Part shown: positions 23,044-36,379 of the stretch, piece after piece
Layout of the letters: each line of letters starts with the position of its first letter
How positions within the stretch are numbered: the stretch's first letter is position 1
Assembly (NCBI GenBank): GCA_013265495.1
Contig: MU061579.1
Coordinates: forward strand, 248,001-295,770
DNA from: Vicugna vicugna
Lineage: Eukaryota
Direction of reading: 5' to 3'
DNA length: 47,770 nucleotides
Notes under the pieces: generated by a model
Databases searched by the model: none
Seen by the model: the letters and a program-made list of their open reading frames with translations, nothing else
What the model was told of the DNA's origin: nothing
Made by a program: the position numbers and the translations under genes

Positions 23044-26000
23044 TCAAATTTGAAGACTAACCTCTGAGAGTGGGTGCGAAAATGTGAGTCATTGCTATCC
23101 ACATTACACAATGATGTCTTAATACAGAAAGGTGTATTTTTTTTCAGATTTTAAGCATTTTCCTTTCTTTGCTTGATTTTGACCCATTACTGAAAAGAAT
23201 TTAAGAAGATAATGTCATTATTAGCATAATCAAGAAATACAGAATATTCATTCCTCCCTCTGCAAGCCGCTGTGTATGATCAAGATATATACTTTGCAAA
23301 GTAAGACATCTATGGAAAGTCACTCACAATTGGGAATGCCAAGAGCATGACATATATTCCTGGATTCATCTGACATTTAAAATAAAAGCTTCTTTTCGAA
23401 TCTAACATACTCATTTTTGTTATAAGTAAACATTTTAGTTGTACTATAAATTAATTTTACCACTTACTCTGTCATATTTTAAAAAATAATTTGAGGTTAA
23501 ATTGTTCACCTCTCATGAATAGTTAATGTGTGTATTGTCTTAGATTTTACCTAAGTGTAGTCAAGTAGAGCTGCTCTTGTTTTCCAAATGACACACTTTC
23601 TCTGTGAATAAGTGTCTTATCTAAATTAACAAAGTCCCATGGGTAAAATAGCCATTGTCATGGGCTCTAGGTCAATATATTGGAGGAGCCTATAGTGTTA
23701 AACCAACTTCCGTGTTCAGAGATCTTCCTTTCAACCTTGTCTGATCTCCCTTCACTATAGCACTGCGTGCAGCTCTACAGTAGGAGGGATTCATGGCTTT
23801 GTCTCGCGAAGATGTAATATTGTCTTTGACCACAGGGCAACAAGAGCAACCTTGAAGAGGCTGAAGTTTGCCTAAAAATGATGCTAGATTGCAGGAAGAA
23901 GCATCCATGAGTCATCCACCTGACATTTCGGAGAGTTAGAAGGACCAAAATCAATCACCCAGTTAAAGTTAGTAATCCTTTACTGAAAGTCAGACTTTCT
24001 GCCCTAAAATCCTAATAGGACCCAAAATCTCATTAGTTTAAATGAGAAACATTGTAAAGTGCTACATGCATATCCAAAATGTGCAAACACTATCCACAAA
24101 TGTAGGTAAATTTTGCAAAATGCCAGAAAAGAAGTATGAAGCTATCAGGTAAGCATTCAAATTGCTGTAAACATTGTTACTTGGCCTCCAAAATACTAAA
24201 TACGATTATTAATAAACAGTTGTTTTATATACAGAAACATGCTCTTCTCTCTGGTAATTAGTCTTTTCATCTGCTTTGCCTCCTTCTGTACAATTTTCTT
24301 CAATATTTTCTCAACTTCTTAGGGATTCATTTTATTGTAAGAGACAAGAACAAGGGCTAAATACAAAGACATAGTAAAATCATGCTCAGATGAAAACAGT
24401 ATGGTAGAGAAAACCTTATATCTGGTCCATTTGGCCAGAATGCCTCTCTTTGGCCCACAGTAGGCAAAAGACACTCTCCAACTGTTGGGAATCCATAGGT
24501 TTTTCAAATTTTCCGTAGGTAACTATGACATTCTACAAATTATACTTGGACTATAATTCAAGAATTTTCTCTGATATCCTTTTGTTTAAAATGTTGTTGC
24601 AGAGGACATAAATTTGGGGAAAGCACATATAAATTGCTCCTAGTTAAGCACTGGCTGAATGTCATTGTATTGAGAGACCTGTACATAAGACAAAATTTAG
24701 AGTTTAAAAACAAATGAATATTTTAAAAGGGAAAATGTTAACATACAAGATAGTCTGTCGAGGTCTGCCCAAATTCATATTTGGGTAACAGAACATTAGC
24801 ATAATCTTCTCAGTTTACATACAGTAGACCTCTCAGAAGACTTCCAGTACATTTCCTCTGCAGTTCAGAGGATATAAAGCTATTTATTTTGTAACTGAAA
24901 TAGGGCAAGGGTCCGATCTTGAAATGTTTGGTCCAGATCTCAGAATTCCAAGGTGCTTCTCTGAGCACCTATGCTCATGCTGTCGTTGTTTAAACTTATT
25001 ACTCACCCTTTAGGTCCAGTATTTGATTAAAAAAACAGTGGATGCCACTGCTTTAAGTTTTTAATGAATACCATGACCACTTCACCCATTCTGACCGCAC
25101 AGAGAACAGAAAGCTTCTCTATTCTAGGTTTTTAGCCTCATCCCATGATTAATTATCATGCCATCGCCACACAATAGCAGTTCAATTTAATTAGCTATAT
25201 GGTTTTACAGACAGCTGAATCAAGACCTTCATTTTTCTGTATGAGATTTTATGCCCTTAGAGAGGCAAGCTTTTTCCAGATGAAAATTATTTCTGGCCAT
25301 TATAGGAGAGAGAAAAATCTAGCAAAATGGAAACATAAAATATACCTCGAACATTTAATAATTTAATCTCAAACTGTTGAAATAGTGATTGAATGAGAAA
25401 TGAAATTATGTTATCTTTAATTAATGAAGACGATTAAATGGTAATTTGAGAAAATAGTTAAACTGGTTATATCAGGTACAACCATCATGTATATTTAGGA
25501 CTGATTGAGAGAGAAAAGGAAATGCAGACATTCCAATGTGCTTTTGGAGATAATTATCCACCTTTATTGCTGACTCTGTATCGCATTGTGTATGTAGTTC
25601 CCGAAACAGCCACTGTTCACTGAATGTCACCATTTATTCGCAGTTCCACAAGTTATTATATATATGAATGGTGACCAAATGGTTATGTAAAGCATAAATT
25701 AATGCTTATTGATAATAATATATAATAACTATATATACATTTCATACACACATGTATATATGTGATCTATATGTTATGCTATGTATGTAATCTATAAATT
25801 TTATGATCTACAAACATTACATTCAGCTTTCATATCATTTGATAACCGTTCAGTACTTCTAAAACTTTAAAGTTGAGGAAAAAAAACCAAAGTTTAAGAC
25901 TTTTTTGAAAAAAATGATGACAGCAGTAGGCCCCATTCCCCCTCAATTTGTTTATGATTTTAAGTTATTCACAAATCTTCAACCTCCCCATATCCAAAAC

Positions 26001-26894
26001 GCATCATAGGAACTCCAGATTAATAACTTTCATATTTCACCACTTAGGGGACAACATATAGAGTTGAATATATCAGAATTGCAGAACTGAGGGTTGTCAC
26101 CCTGTTTCTCTGTAGTGTGATGCATCAGGATTTGATCAGTACCTTACTCAGGCAAACTTTAATCTACTTAAAGTAAAAATCTCCCCCAAATACTCCATTT
26201 AAGATTTGCAATGGATTCTTTTTTTTTTTAAGCAGAATTCCTCCATTTCATTTGCATAATATTGCTTACCTAGGTCACTCTGATTTTTCCTTATTTGCTC
26301 ATTTAATATTCTTTGCTTGACTGTTGTTTTTATTGTACATTATTGAGAACATTTTCGAGGCATTTTGTACTGTTCGGTAACTCGTAAATCAGGACATAAG
26401 CAGTTTTTTAATGTGTTGTCCCTGTGGCTGATCTTTTGTCTTGCTCTAAAACACATTGTTTTATCCTTTCAACTTATTTGTCTCCCCTTGTTGGTCATTT
26501 ACATGGATTTAAAAGCATTTCAGCATCTTGCCAAATCTCTTTTTATCTTAGTTTTTCTCAGCCTTAATCTGTTTTCCTGTACTAAGTCTGTAATTCTGCC
26601 TCCACATTTCTTTTATTCCCCAGGAACTTATCTCTAATCACAGGCATTTTTTTTCCAGCATAAAACCTGCAATACCCTGTGTTACTATTCATTCCATGTG
26701 GTTCTCACAGATGCAGGAGATCAGCGTTTATATTAGCATTCTGGGCCTCACAGATCCGTCTCCCTGGCTAGCAGCTCTTCCTACTAGTTTCTCAGCCAAA
26801 TGAGAGAAAATGTCTGTTAGAAGGTTTGTGTGATGACTAGCACTGTTAATGATAAATATTTTTTAGTCATTTGCAGGCAGTATTTTCATTTGCT

Positions 26895-26912
26895 CAACAA
26901 CAACAACAACAA
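26895..26912. repeat. (CAA)6 microsatellite
   Basis: Read directly from the sequence. Confidence 0.95.
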
Positions 26913-27786
26913 CACAAATCCATCTAGAACACCAGTGCTGGCCACCTTTTTGACCTGAACCACCTGATTCTAGCTGTGGTAGTTTTCCCTTCTCAGTCAA
27001 GGGCACTTGTTTCACACCTACAGAGACGGCACCACCATCAGCCTCTGCCTTAAGCAGGCGGTTTAGAGAAAGACTTAAACTAACAGTCTGAACACACCTC
27101 AGGTACCTCCTGGTCTAATTCTGACCTTGCTTCTTCATTCTGCTGTTAACGGCTTTGGAATTACTCACCTGACAGAATTCTCAAAATAGCGACCAGCATA
27201 AGATTGTTTCTGTTTCCAAGACTTTGGTCCTCCCTTCATTGCCTCCCCTCTTTCCTTTCTCTGCCAGGAAGCAAGTACTCAAACCCAGCTTGTTGAAATT
27301 AGGACCGTGTCTCCTCATGGCAGGGGAGATCAGTCCTGCTCCTGTACGTGCCAGAGCTCTGCTACAAGACCCATGGGGAGGTCCTGCAGCGGGACAGTGA
27401 CCTTCCAGAGGCCACTGCTGTGCTGCAGAAACGCGCATCACCCCCCCTGTCCCCCGCAGGTCCGGGTGGAGGCTGCTTACGTGGACTTCTCACACGTCCT
27501 TCAGCTGGTCCCCAGAGCGTGTGCAGTCACAGGGAGGAGAATTAATTCCAGGTGCTCCCACTTATCCGCTGATGTAATGAACTTAAATCATTGACTATAA
27601 ATATGGCCATGACACTAGCTACATCTCCTTTTCTTTTTTTGTTCCCTATCTTACATTGTTAAAATGTGTGATGCTCTTGCTTTCTTCATTTAGTCTGCTC
27701 CCTGTCTTTTTTGTTCTCCTTTTGGATTTAGCATCTCCGTTGCTTTCTATTTCACTTTTATTCTCATGTGACTTTAGCTTTAGTGA

Positions 27787-28600
27787 ATCATTCATTCATT
27801 CATTCATTCACTCATTCAACGAATATTGAATAAACTGGCATGCCCTCACTACTTGTAGGGCTGAGGAAGCAAAGGTAAATCAGACAGACGGCTCTGATTG
27901 AGATGACATGGTATAAAAAGAAAATCAGTAAAAATTACAATAATTTATGCTTGCAGTAAGTGCCAAGAAGGAAATCAAAAGGCATGATGTGATAGAGAGC
28001 AGAGAATGATGCATGAAGGAAGGACCTGCTTTACATTGTGTGGTCAGGACCACTCTTCCTAACAGAAGTCTTTGAATCAAAACCTTGATGAAGCGGAGGG
28101 GTGAGACGTTCAAGTACATAGAAGGTTAACGTTCCAGGAAAGGTAAAAGAGAGCAAAGGCCCTGTGGTAGAAAATAGTTTAGCTGTTAGAAGAACAAGAA
28201 AACCTGTGTGGCTGTAGAAGGGTGGTAACATAGAAGCACGGGAGCACGATGAGTTTCGAGATGCTGTAAAAACCTTGTCAAACGTGAATAAAACTTTCTA
28301 TCTTCGTTTTGTCTTGTTTTTTTAATGGAGGTACTGGGAATTGGACTCAGGAGGACCTCGTGCATGCTGAACATGCACTCTACTACTGAGCTATACCCAG
28401 CCCCTCTGCCTTATTTTCAATGAAATTATGAATTAAAGAGTTTTAAAGAGGGAGGTCCAGTTGGTTGGCTTATGTTTTAAAATGATTATAGCCAGTGCAG
28501 TAGTCCGGGTGAGAAATGATGGTGTCCTGGACCTGGGTATCACTCGTGATATTAACAGACACAGACAGGTATTTGGGTGCATTTGTAGGTTTAGCTGACA
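27787..28600 (-). mobile_element. L2 (L2a-like) 3' portion with (TTCA)n tail, interrupted by a SINE
   Basis: ttcattcattcattcactcattcaacgaatattg; gagcaaaggccctgtggtagaaa; tagtccgggtgagaaatgatggtgtcctggacctggg. Confidence 0.85.
28301..28404 (-). mobile_element. Camelid-type tRNA-derived SINE (Vic-1-like), B box mutated
   Basis: Minus strand reads GGGTATAGCTCAGTAGTAGAGTGCATGTTCAGCATGCACGAGGTCC...CCCAGTACCTCC plus an A-rich tail; same family as 35157-35302. Confidence 0.85.
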
Positions 28601-29039
28601 TATCATCCTATGTCTTTGGGGGAATATCATTCATCTTTTTGTGATACTTTATAATTTTCACATCTTTATACGGTAGCCAAAGGTTTTACTTCACATACAG
28701 AATGACCCCAGTAAGATATTCAAGGTGTCTCCGGAGACCCGCTACTGTCTGAGCAGAATGCTGTATTTCGGAATGGAGAACAATATTCACACACAGCTAA
28801 CATTAACAATGAGAGAATCAAATTATAGACCAATGGAAGACTGAGTTTTTGAGAAGGAATGATAGAGGTAGCAACAAAAATGGCAGAATTTAGAGAGGAG
28901 GTAAGGAGGCATCCAATATAATGATTCATGGCCTTGAAAGTGCATATAAAGTATTTAGTTTTGATATAACAGATGATATTGGAAAAAACACATTTTAAAT
29001 ATTTTCACCTTAAACCAAAATAAAGAAAATTTTCTAAAG

Positions 29040-29545
29040 CACACAGTATATTCCCTCATGACTCCTTACTGCTTAGAGTAAATAGGATGTAAAACTTCAG
29101 CACAGTATGTGAGGCTCTTCAAACTCTATCCTGTTCACCTTTGTTGGTTATTATTCCTAACACATAGCTCATGCTTTTGCCACACTCAATTTTTTAATTA
29201 TTCTTTGAATACATCATTCTTTTTTTTTTTAAGTATTTACCTTTGCTCTTATCCCTACTTGGAATATTTCCCTCTTGTTTTGTCCAACTGTAAAATGATT
29301 ATTTCAAGTAATATTACATTAACCTCTGTGAAAACTATGGTGAGGTTGCTAATGCCTTTCTCCTCTATAATCTGATAGCACTTACTATGCATCTTTAATT
29401 TGGCAAAGTCCAATTAGATAAGTTTGCATCCCTGGCCCTTCCACTAGTGTAAGAGCTGCTTCTTAAATCCATGAATATTACTTATTTTTTTCTATGCATA
29501 TTGACTGTACAGAACAGTAGGCTGCCGATAAATATGTGAACAATT
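29040..29545 (+). mobile_element. L2 3' region
   Basis: ccctcatgactccttactgcttagagtaaa; ttccactagtgtaagagctgc; acagtaggctgccgataaatatgtgaac. Confidence 0.65.
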
Positions 29546-29607
29546 TAATTAAAATCTAATTTCACAAAAAACATAATCTAACCCACAAATCACAACTAAA
29601 TTGATGT

Positions 29608-30096
29608 TGTAAGGGAGGAAAAATATTTTCTCTACCCTTCTTGCTTCTTTGGCTGGTCTAATAATGAAATTAACATAAGACAGATTAGCAGGGGAAAAAC
29701 AAATCTAATTACGGACATAGTTACAGGGGCTCCCTAAGAATATGGGACCCACAGACAGGCAGTTGAGGCTTATATGCTACCTTGAGCTGAGGAGGAGCCC
29801 ACAGGCATCTGGAAGGGGAGGAAGACAATTCACAGGGAGATGTGAAGAGCAAAGGTTTGGTGAACCAGTGTTTTCCAGGCCGTGCAGAGGAGTTTTTCTG
29901 ATGTAAAAAGAAGTTATCTTTGGTAATAGCTCACTTCCTGGTGCAGGCTCCATATCTATATTATTTTAGAAAATTAAGGAGCAGGTAAAAAGAAAAACTT
30001 CCTGAGTCTACTACTGATTCTCAAAAATAACCATCACAAAACAACCCTCATGCCTAAGAGCCACATTTTGGGGATGGCAGATTTTGTTCCTCTATA
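29608..30096 (-). mobile_element. ERV1 solo LTR (MER41/MER4-group-like)
   Basis: TGTA..TATA termini on +; aattaacataagacagattagcaggggaaaaac and catgcctaagagccacattttgggg are typical of antisense MER41-type LTRs; 4-bp TSD atgt (29604-29607) / ctgt (30097-30100). Confidence 0.8.
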
Positions 30097-30189
30097 CTGT
30101 GTCATTTGGACATTTTTAGCTGACGTGCTTACATTTTCTGGGTGTTACAAAAGAGTGGGAGGATCACGTGCTTCATAAATTTTTCTTAC

Positions 30190-30420
30190 AATCATCATCA
30201 TCATCATCATGGAGGCCAAGTCATATCAGATGTTTTGCTAGTTGTTCCCCTGCTGTAGCTCAGTTAATCCTACAGCATCAGTTTAGGTAGGTAGTTGCTA
30301 ATTCCATTTTGGAGGGAGAAAATAAAGAAGCTCAGAGAGGTTAAGCAACTTTCCTGAGATCTCACAGCCGGGAGATACAATCCCCGGTCTCCTATCACAG
30401 AGTACTTGTCCTTTCCTCTG
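30190..30420 (-). mobile_element. MIR with (CAT)n at its tail end
   Basis: gaagctcagagaggttaagcaactttcctgagatctcacagc. Confidence 0.8.
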
Positions 30421-33400
30421 CATTCCCAGACATGGAGAAGCCAGGCATCATCTAGAAAGGGGTGGGTGTGCACATTAAGTCTCTGGCACCTGCTCTGAGA
30501 ACCAGAGGGGAGAGCCTCTGCTCTCTACTCACTCTGAGCCTGTGACGTTCCATAGGTGTTAAAAAGGTTTGCTGTTGGCCAGCCACTGAGGGGCAGTGAT
30601 ACACAGCGATCCGTTCACTGTGGCTGTGAGCAGTGAGTCATGGCAACTCCAAGTTCATTGCAAGGAAAAGAATTGAATCCTCTTGGTTTTATTTCTCAGT
30701 AGAGAACTGGAGCAGAAACAAAGCAGAACACTTCGTCTCCCCCCAGGATCTAGTTATACCTTTTACGAAGACAAACACATCACATTCAATTCTCCTTTCC
30801 CACTGCTGATGAGAGAGAAATACATTCAGAGGACCAACCAGAGCAGCCAGATGACTCTCACACAAAAATAAACTGTGGCTTTGTTTACAGATCTCTTTCT
30901 TGTCTTTACACACTGTCCTGCGCTCACAGAAACAAGCAAGTTAACATCTAGCATGAAAAGACATTCTCTTTGTGTGGCTAAAGTTTAAGATGTCAAACGG
31001 GCTATTATGTCTGAATGCTTGGCCTCCAGCCATTAGTGTGCTGGTAGCTAATGTCTTCCTAGCTCTATTAGCTCCAGATCCTTTGCATAATATCCTCAGA
31101 TATTGCTTTTATGCTGGGCAAGGCTGGATGCAGGGAAATTGGCATTATAAAGGTTAGAGGGAAAATCTTTGCACTATAGTTGACATGCTGTATTGATCCA
31201 GTATGAAATCCAACCATTACGGAGACAGATGGGGGAGCTCTGAGACTCTCAATCCAAAAATTGCATCAGCTACTGCTGATGCTGCTGCACGTGCTGACAA
31301 TAGCTTCAGCCTGAAAAGCAGGGTTTACATGCCTGAAATAAATTGTTTTGATTAGAACCTTTAGGAGAGAAAGTCATAAGGTACAGTTTTATTGACTACT
31401 TGCCAAACAACACAGACCCATGCACTGTAAACTTGTTTTGCTCGTGTAAGTCAAGCACCAACTAGGCTTTTATTTTCTAAGGTTATGGACTTGGGGTATA
31501 ATATATTATCATTTACTTTGAATTACTGCAGCCATAGCTTCGGAGGAAGTGGAATTAATTCTCAACTATTGCTGACCTCCGTGTATGTTTATTTATTAGT
31601 TGGTTTCTTTGTGGCAAGGATGCTCTAACTTTGTGTGATAAAAACTGCTTTGAGTACCTAGTAATCTGTTAATTGTTGTGGCCAACAAAGTGAGTTCAAA
31701 AAGCTGCCACTGGTCACTAAAAAAAAAATCGTTAAGAGAATATTCTTATAGCTAGCCACATTCATAATGCCTTCTCTCCTGTTCTGCTCTTTTTCTTCCC
31801 AGAAGCGTATTTTTTTTTTCCTGTAGAGAGCTCTCTCTTAATCTGTTGCTGTTTTTCAAAGACAAGACAATTCAGTGCAATCAACCAAACAAAATTTGGA
31901 CAAATTGATGTAAAATGCAAAATGAGAAGCCAGCATGTTTTGTTTTTTTTTTTCCGGAAGCTGGACCTGTGTTACATTATCTCCTAAGGAAGCAATTCAT
32001 TGCGATGCTTTTTTTCCCAATGAAATACATGGAGATTCTTCTTTCTTACTTTCTTAGGCTGCTCGTATGGGTTTCAAAGTTGGCTATTACAGACAGACTT
32101 GAGCATACACAAGGTTTATTGTGTGTGCTATCTGTAATGACGCCATCCCGGTCTGTCTGTTGTGCCCACGCGAAAACAAACATCTTGCCAAGAGAGAAAA
32201 TTGTGTGTATGTTTTTCATACTCACACTTTTATGAGAACATAGAATTAAGGACAGAACTGAAAGGAAACCATATGTATTACCTCATCTGTTTTGTTACAG
32301 GCACTTTATTGCATGTTTTACATATATTATTTCATTTTATGTCAAATTTATCACAAAAATACAACAAGTATGTACTGCTATGCATATTAAGTATGAACTT
32401 TGGTTCATCAATCTTGTGGTATTTACTAATCCTACTCCCTTCTAACTTTGTGTCAGATTAATTAATCAATTAATAAAATGAATGTAGAACATAATGGCTT
32501 CCCTCTAGGAGTTTATAATCCACTTGAGAGATATGAATCATTGCATCCCATTGTTAGCTAGGAAATGCTAAATGTCAAATGATTATTAAGGCTATGCAAC
32601 AAGATATCAATAAGGGCCAGATATTGCTGGATGAATAGAACAATAATTTATTAAATATAACAAATGCCTATTAAAAAAGGACATGTATTAATTAAAATGA
32701 TAACACCAGTATATACGACTAACATTTGACCAATGGCTCTCCTTATTTCATAAATTATTCTTAGTCTGTGCTGACACCACCAGATTTCAAAGTGGTGAGA
32801 TCGAGGGTCTCAATTTTTAATAACTCATTTGAATGACAAGTTGCCTAGCTTTCAATTTATATGCTGTAGGAGAGATAAAGGTGGAATTAAATCTGCTAGC
32901 ATCTGCATCTTGGATTTTGGGGTTAGCTCTGAAATACAGAACCACAAGTGATAATTTTCAATAAGTAAGTTGCATTACCAGCCACTCAGAGATGCTAATG
33001 GCAAAGTACCTCTCATTATTCTAAATGACATAAACACAGTACTGCTGTCATTTATACCATGGAGATTTTTCTCATCATCATTATTATAAGATAAATTAAA
33101 AAGATTATTAAGAGAAATGAGTCAACATTTCTTTATATGCCAAAAATGGCAGCTGTGATCATACGGGGTTCACTTATGTAGACAACTTACCTCATCCAGT
33201 CATGTTCTGGGATTCAGAAACTGTTGTACGCAGCCACACTGAAAGACTTAAATGCTGTCCGTCTGCTCTTAAGCAGCCAGGAGGGTCATAAGCATTGAGA
33301 GAAATGCAGCATCATTTGTTACCTCTGTCTCTTCCACTGTGTGTTTGAGAGGAAGTATTGGCACTTACTTTGCAACAGATTTGATCTTCTGTTCTCTGAG

Positions 33401-33804
33401 GGAATGCTGTCACCGGTATTATTTACTCCCTGAGCAACAAATCCTCATAAATTATAATGGTTCTCCAGACAGCCATTTCCAAATTTAATCAGGGATGATT
33501 TCCTTGCTTTTTTCAATTATCTCCAAATTATATTCAGGCACTGTAATAGATTAAGTCCTGTACCTTATTTATTCCAGACACAGGACTACAATAAGCTTCC
33601 CACCTAAAAGGAAGAATGCAGCTGAAGATACATCTAGCCTACTGAGAAAAATACTACTCCTCATGCCTTAAACTATGTAAGTGATACAAGCGATTCTCGG
33701 TCATCCTGTGTGTCAAGACCCTCTATTACTTCCCATGGACAACACCCACCATCCAAATAACCAATAATCATAGAACGTTAGCACCAACTAGAGCCTTATC
33801 CCTA

Positions 33805-34037
33805 TTGCACAGGTTTTGAAGACAGACAGACCTGAATCGGTGTTCTGCCTCCACCATTTACTGGATGTATACCCACGAGAATGTTTTACCTTCTCTAGGA
33901 CTCAGTTTCTTCAAATGTAAGGCAGACTAATACTAATAACTCTCTCACTCATTTATCATTGGATTAAATGATACAATAGATATAAATAATATAGAGAAGT
34001 CTAGGTACAGTAAGGACTCAGTAAATAATGGCTATTG
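33805..34037 (+). mobile_element. MIR
   Basis: cagacagacctgaatcgg; ccttctctaggactcagtttcttcaaatgtaa; ggattaaatga; ggtacagtaaggactcagtaaat. Confidence 0.85.
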
Positions 34038-35156
34038 TAAACAGACCACCTTTCTGCTCTTTTTAAATGAAGTAGCTTAACCTGAAATAATTTAAGTAAC
34101 TGCCAAGGACCATATTAAGAATTGGCATAGCCTCAGGTTTTGAGCATATGTCTCCAATTCTGGACCACTTCCTATTAAACTTTTGGCTGCGGCAGTTTGC
34201 ATTATGTCAGACTCTCAAATGTAGATAATTCCCTCAGCGTCTTACTCATTGTCTAGTGGCGATCCTACCATGTTTGCGCCATTTTGTTCAAGTAAGGTTA
34301 TAGAGGCATGGTGGCCCATCACCTCCGGCTGTTGCCCTAAGAGTGTCTGGTGACATTTTAGGCTTATCAGAAACTGCTTTTACCTTCAGACATCGTGCTG
34401 CTGTTGGACACTAATGCTGGATGAAGTTGAGATGCCTCAAAAATCAATAGTCAGCAAGACTGAACTTACGTTAATAGGCTAAGTAAAGGCCCCTGAAACA
34501 AGGGCTAAGAGTAAGGGAGTCTCAAGGAATTTAAAGAATAACATTTCTCTTCCCAAGGTGGAGCCTGAGGAGAAGACCACAAGCTGGAAGTTGTATTTGA
34601 TTTATTTTTGTATCATGCTTATTATATCTGGGAGCTAAAAGTGGGAGACACCAAAGAAATATGTGAACAGGCAGACTGAAAGCTAAGTACACACAACTAT
34701 ACTGATCTCTTTCTTTTTAAACAATTAGATTAGCTACTAGTCGAAAATGCAAGAAGCAGATATTAATATTTTTTAAATAAAGGTAACAATTTATAATTTG
34801 ATCATCTCAATTCTTCTGAATTTTAAGACTGAGGAAGTCAAATAAGTAAGTTTTTAAAAAATAGGCCCAAATTCAGAAAATATTAAGAATGAAAAAAATA
34901 TATGCAAAAAATCACTAGTTTTGACATGCTGTAGTAGGTTAAGTTGAGCAAAATTATAAAATATTTGCATTCTAGCCTTGTGTTATCAATTTTGGCTTTG
35001 GGATTATATTATATTTTGAACCCATTTAACTTGTTAGGGAAAAAGGTAATATTCAATCCTTTCCAAATAAGAAATGATTCAAAGTATATAGACTTTCAAG
35101 CTTTGAAGTCATTGTGTTCATCTATAAATCTATAAAAAATACATTTTGGGGGGGGG

Positions 35157-35302
35157 TGTTGTTTTTGTTTGTTTGTCTTTATTTTTCTTTTTGAGCGGGG
35201 TGTAATCTGATTTACTTACTTTTGGAGGAGGTACTGGGGATTGAACCCAGGACCTTGTGCATGCTAAACACACTCTCTACCACTTGAGCTATACCCTCCC
35301 CC
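35157..35302 (-). mobile_element. Camelid-type tRNA-derived SINE (Vic-1-like) with intact Pol III boxes
   Basis: Minus strand GGGGGAGGGTATAGCTCAAGTGGTAGAG...AGCATGCACAAGGTCCTGGGTTCAATCCCCAGTACCTCC; A box 35291-35280, B box 35247-35237, A-rich tail. Confidence 0.9.
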
Positions 35303-36379
35303 TTGCATGTTTGTAAATAGCTGTTTGCATATGTGAGTTGATGAACACTGATAGGCATTGAAAGTGGTATATTGAAAGATAAATGGGTATGTATAAAAAG
35401 AGCTGGAGTCTCTGCTGTATCCCAATAAATGACACTTCTCTTCCTTGCCCAGATGTTTTAAATTGATGTCTAAAAGGAAATGGACATTGAGGCCAAATAT
35501 CATCTCATCTACTAAGCTGGAAAAAGTCAGTTCGTGTTGGAGCTAAGAGGTTCTGCTAAATCACCCCCCAAGACAGAATAGATGCAAAATAGAATAGACG
35601 TGTCATCCCGTCACTATGGAGTTCTTTAGTCTCATTACAACTCTTACGATTCTATCTGATAGATTTCACTCTTCCTAAATCTTTAGCAATGTCATTAACC
35701 CTGGAATGACTGATACACAATCAAGAACATGAAAATAAGTGATATTTTTACAGAAAAGTGAAACAATGTATCTTAATAATTCAATCCAATAAGAGCTAGA
35801 TTTTGCCTCAAACATCTTGCCATCTCAAAGTCTATGGTACAGCAGTGTCCATTTGGTGTCCATTTTTCACTTAGCTTAACAATTGTCTGCATGTGTATTG
35901 CTCATACAGCATCTACCTTGCACTGATAGTCCACCCAAGCAGTATAGATATGTCACATCTGTTTAACTTTAATGAGCTTTACATACAACATAAAAGATGA
36001 TTTCTATATCTGCCATGCTCTTGCAATTGAATATGACAACCACAGATTTAATAAGCCTTAAATGCTTCACTTTTGTTTTCTATTTTATACTTTTCGTAAT
36101 GTTGCACATTTGAAACTCATCCTTTCTGCCAGTCAAAAGAATGTCTATTAGGAGATAAGTTTCCTATCTCAGCATTGTTTTTAACAGAGTACTATCTTGT
36201 TGTCTCTATTCCAAATCTCACCTGCGGAATAATGGAGTTTTATTGCAATTAATCTTAGTAAAGCAGCATAGCTTTCCTCATTGCCTTTAATGCCTTTTCT
36301 CCCCTTTTCTCAACCCATAAAACATACAAGAGAAGCAAAGGCCCTTGAGGACAGACTATAGGGGCAACTATTATATTAG

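Noticed and set aside
24120..24154. ATG CCA GAA AAG AAG TAT GAA GCT ATC AG|GTAAGC, a possible first coding exon
   Set aside because: No promoter or CpG context, no convincing acceptor or downstream partner exon, and the peptide is not recognised.
35224..35302. Possible tRNA-Ala gene
   Set aside because: The stems are imperfect, it carries a SINE body and A-rich tail, and a second degenerate copy exists at 28.3 kb. It is a SINE head.
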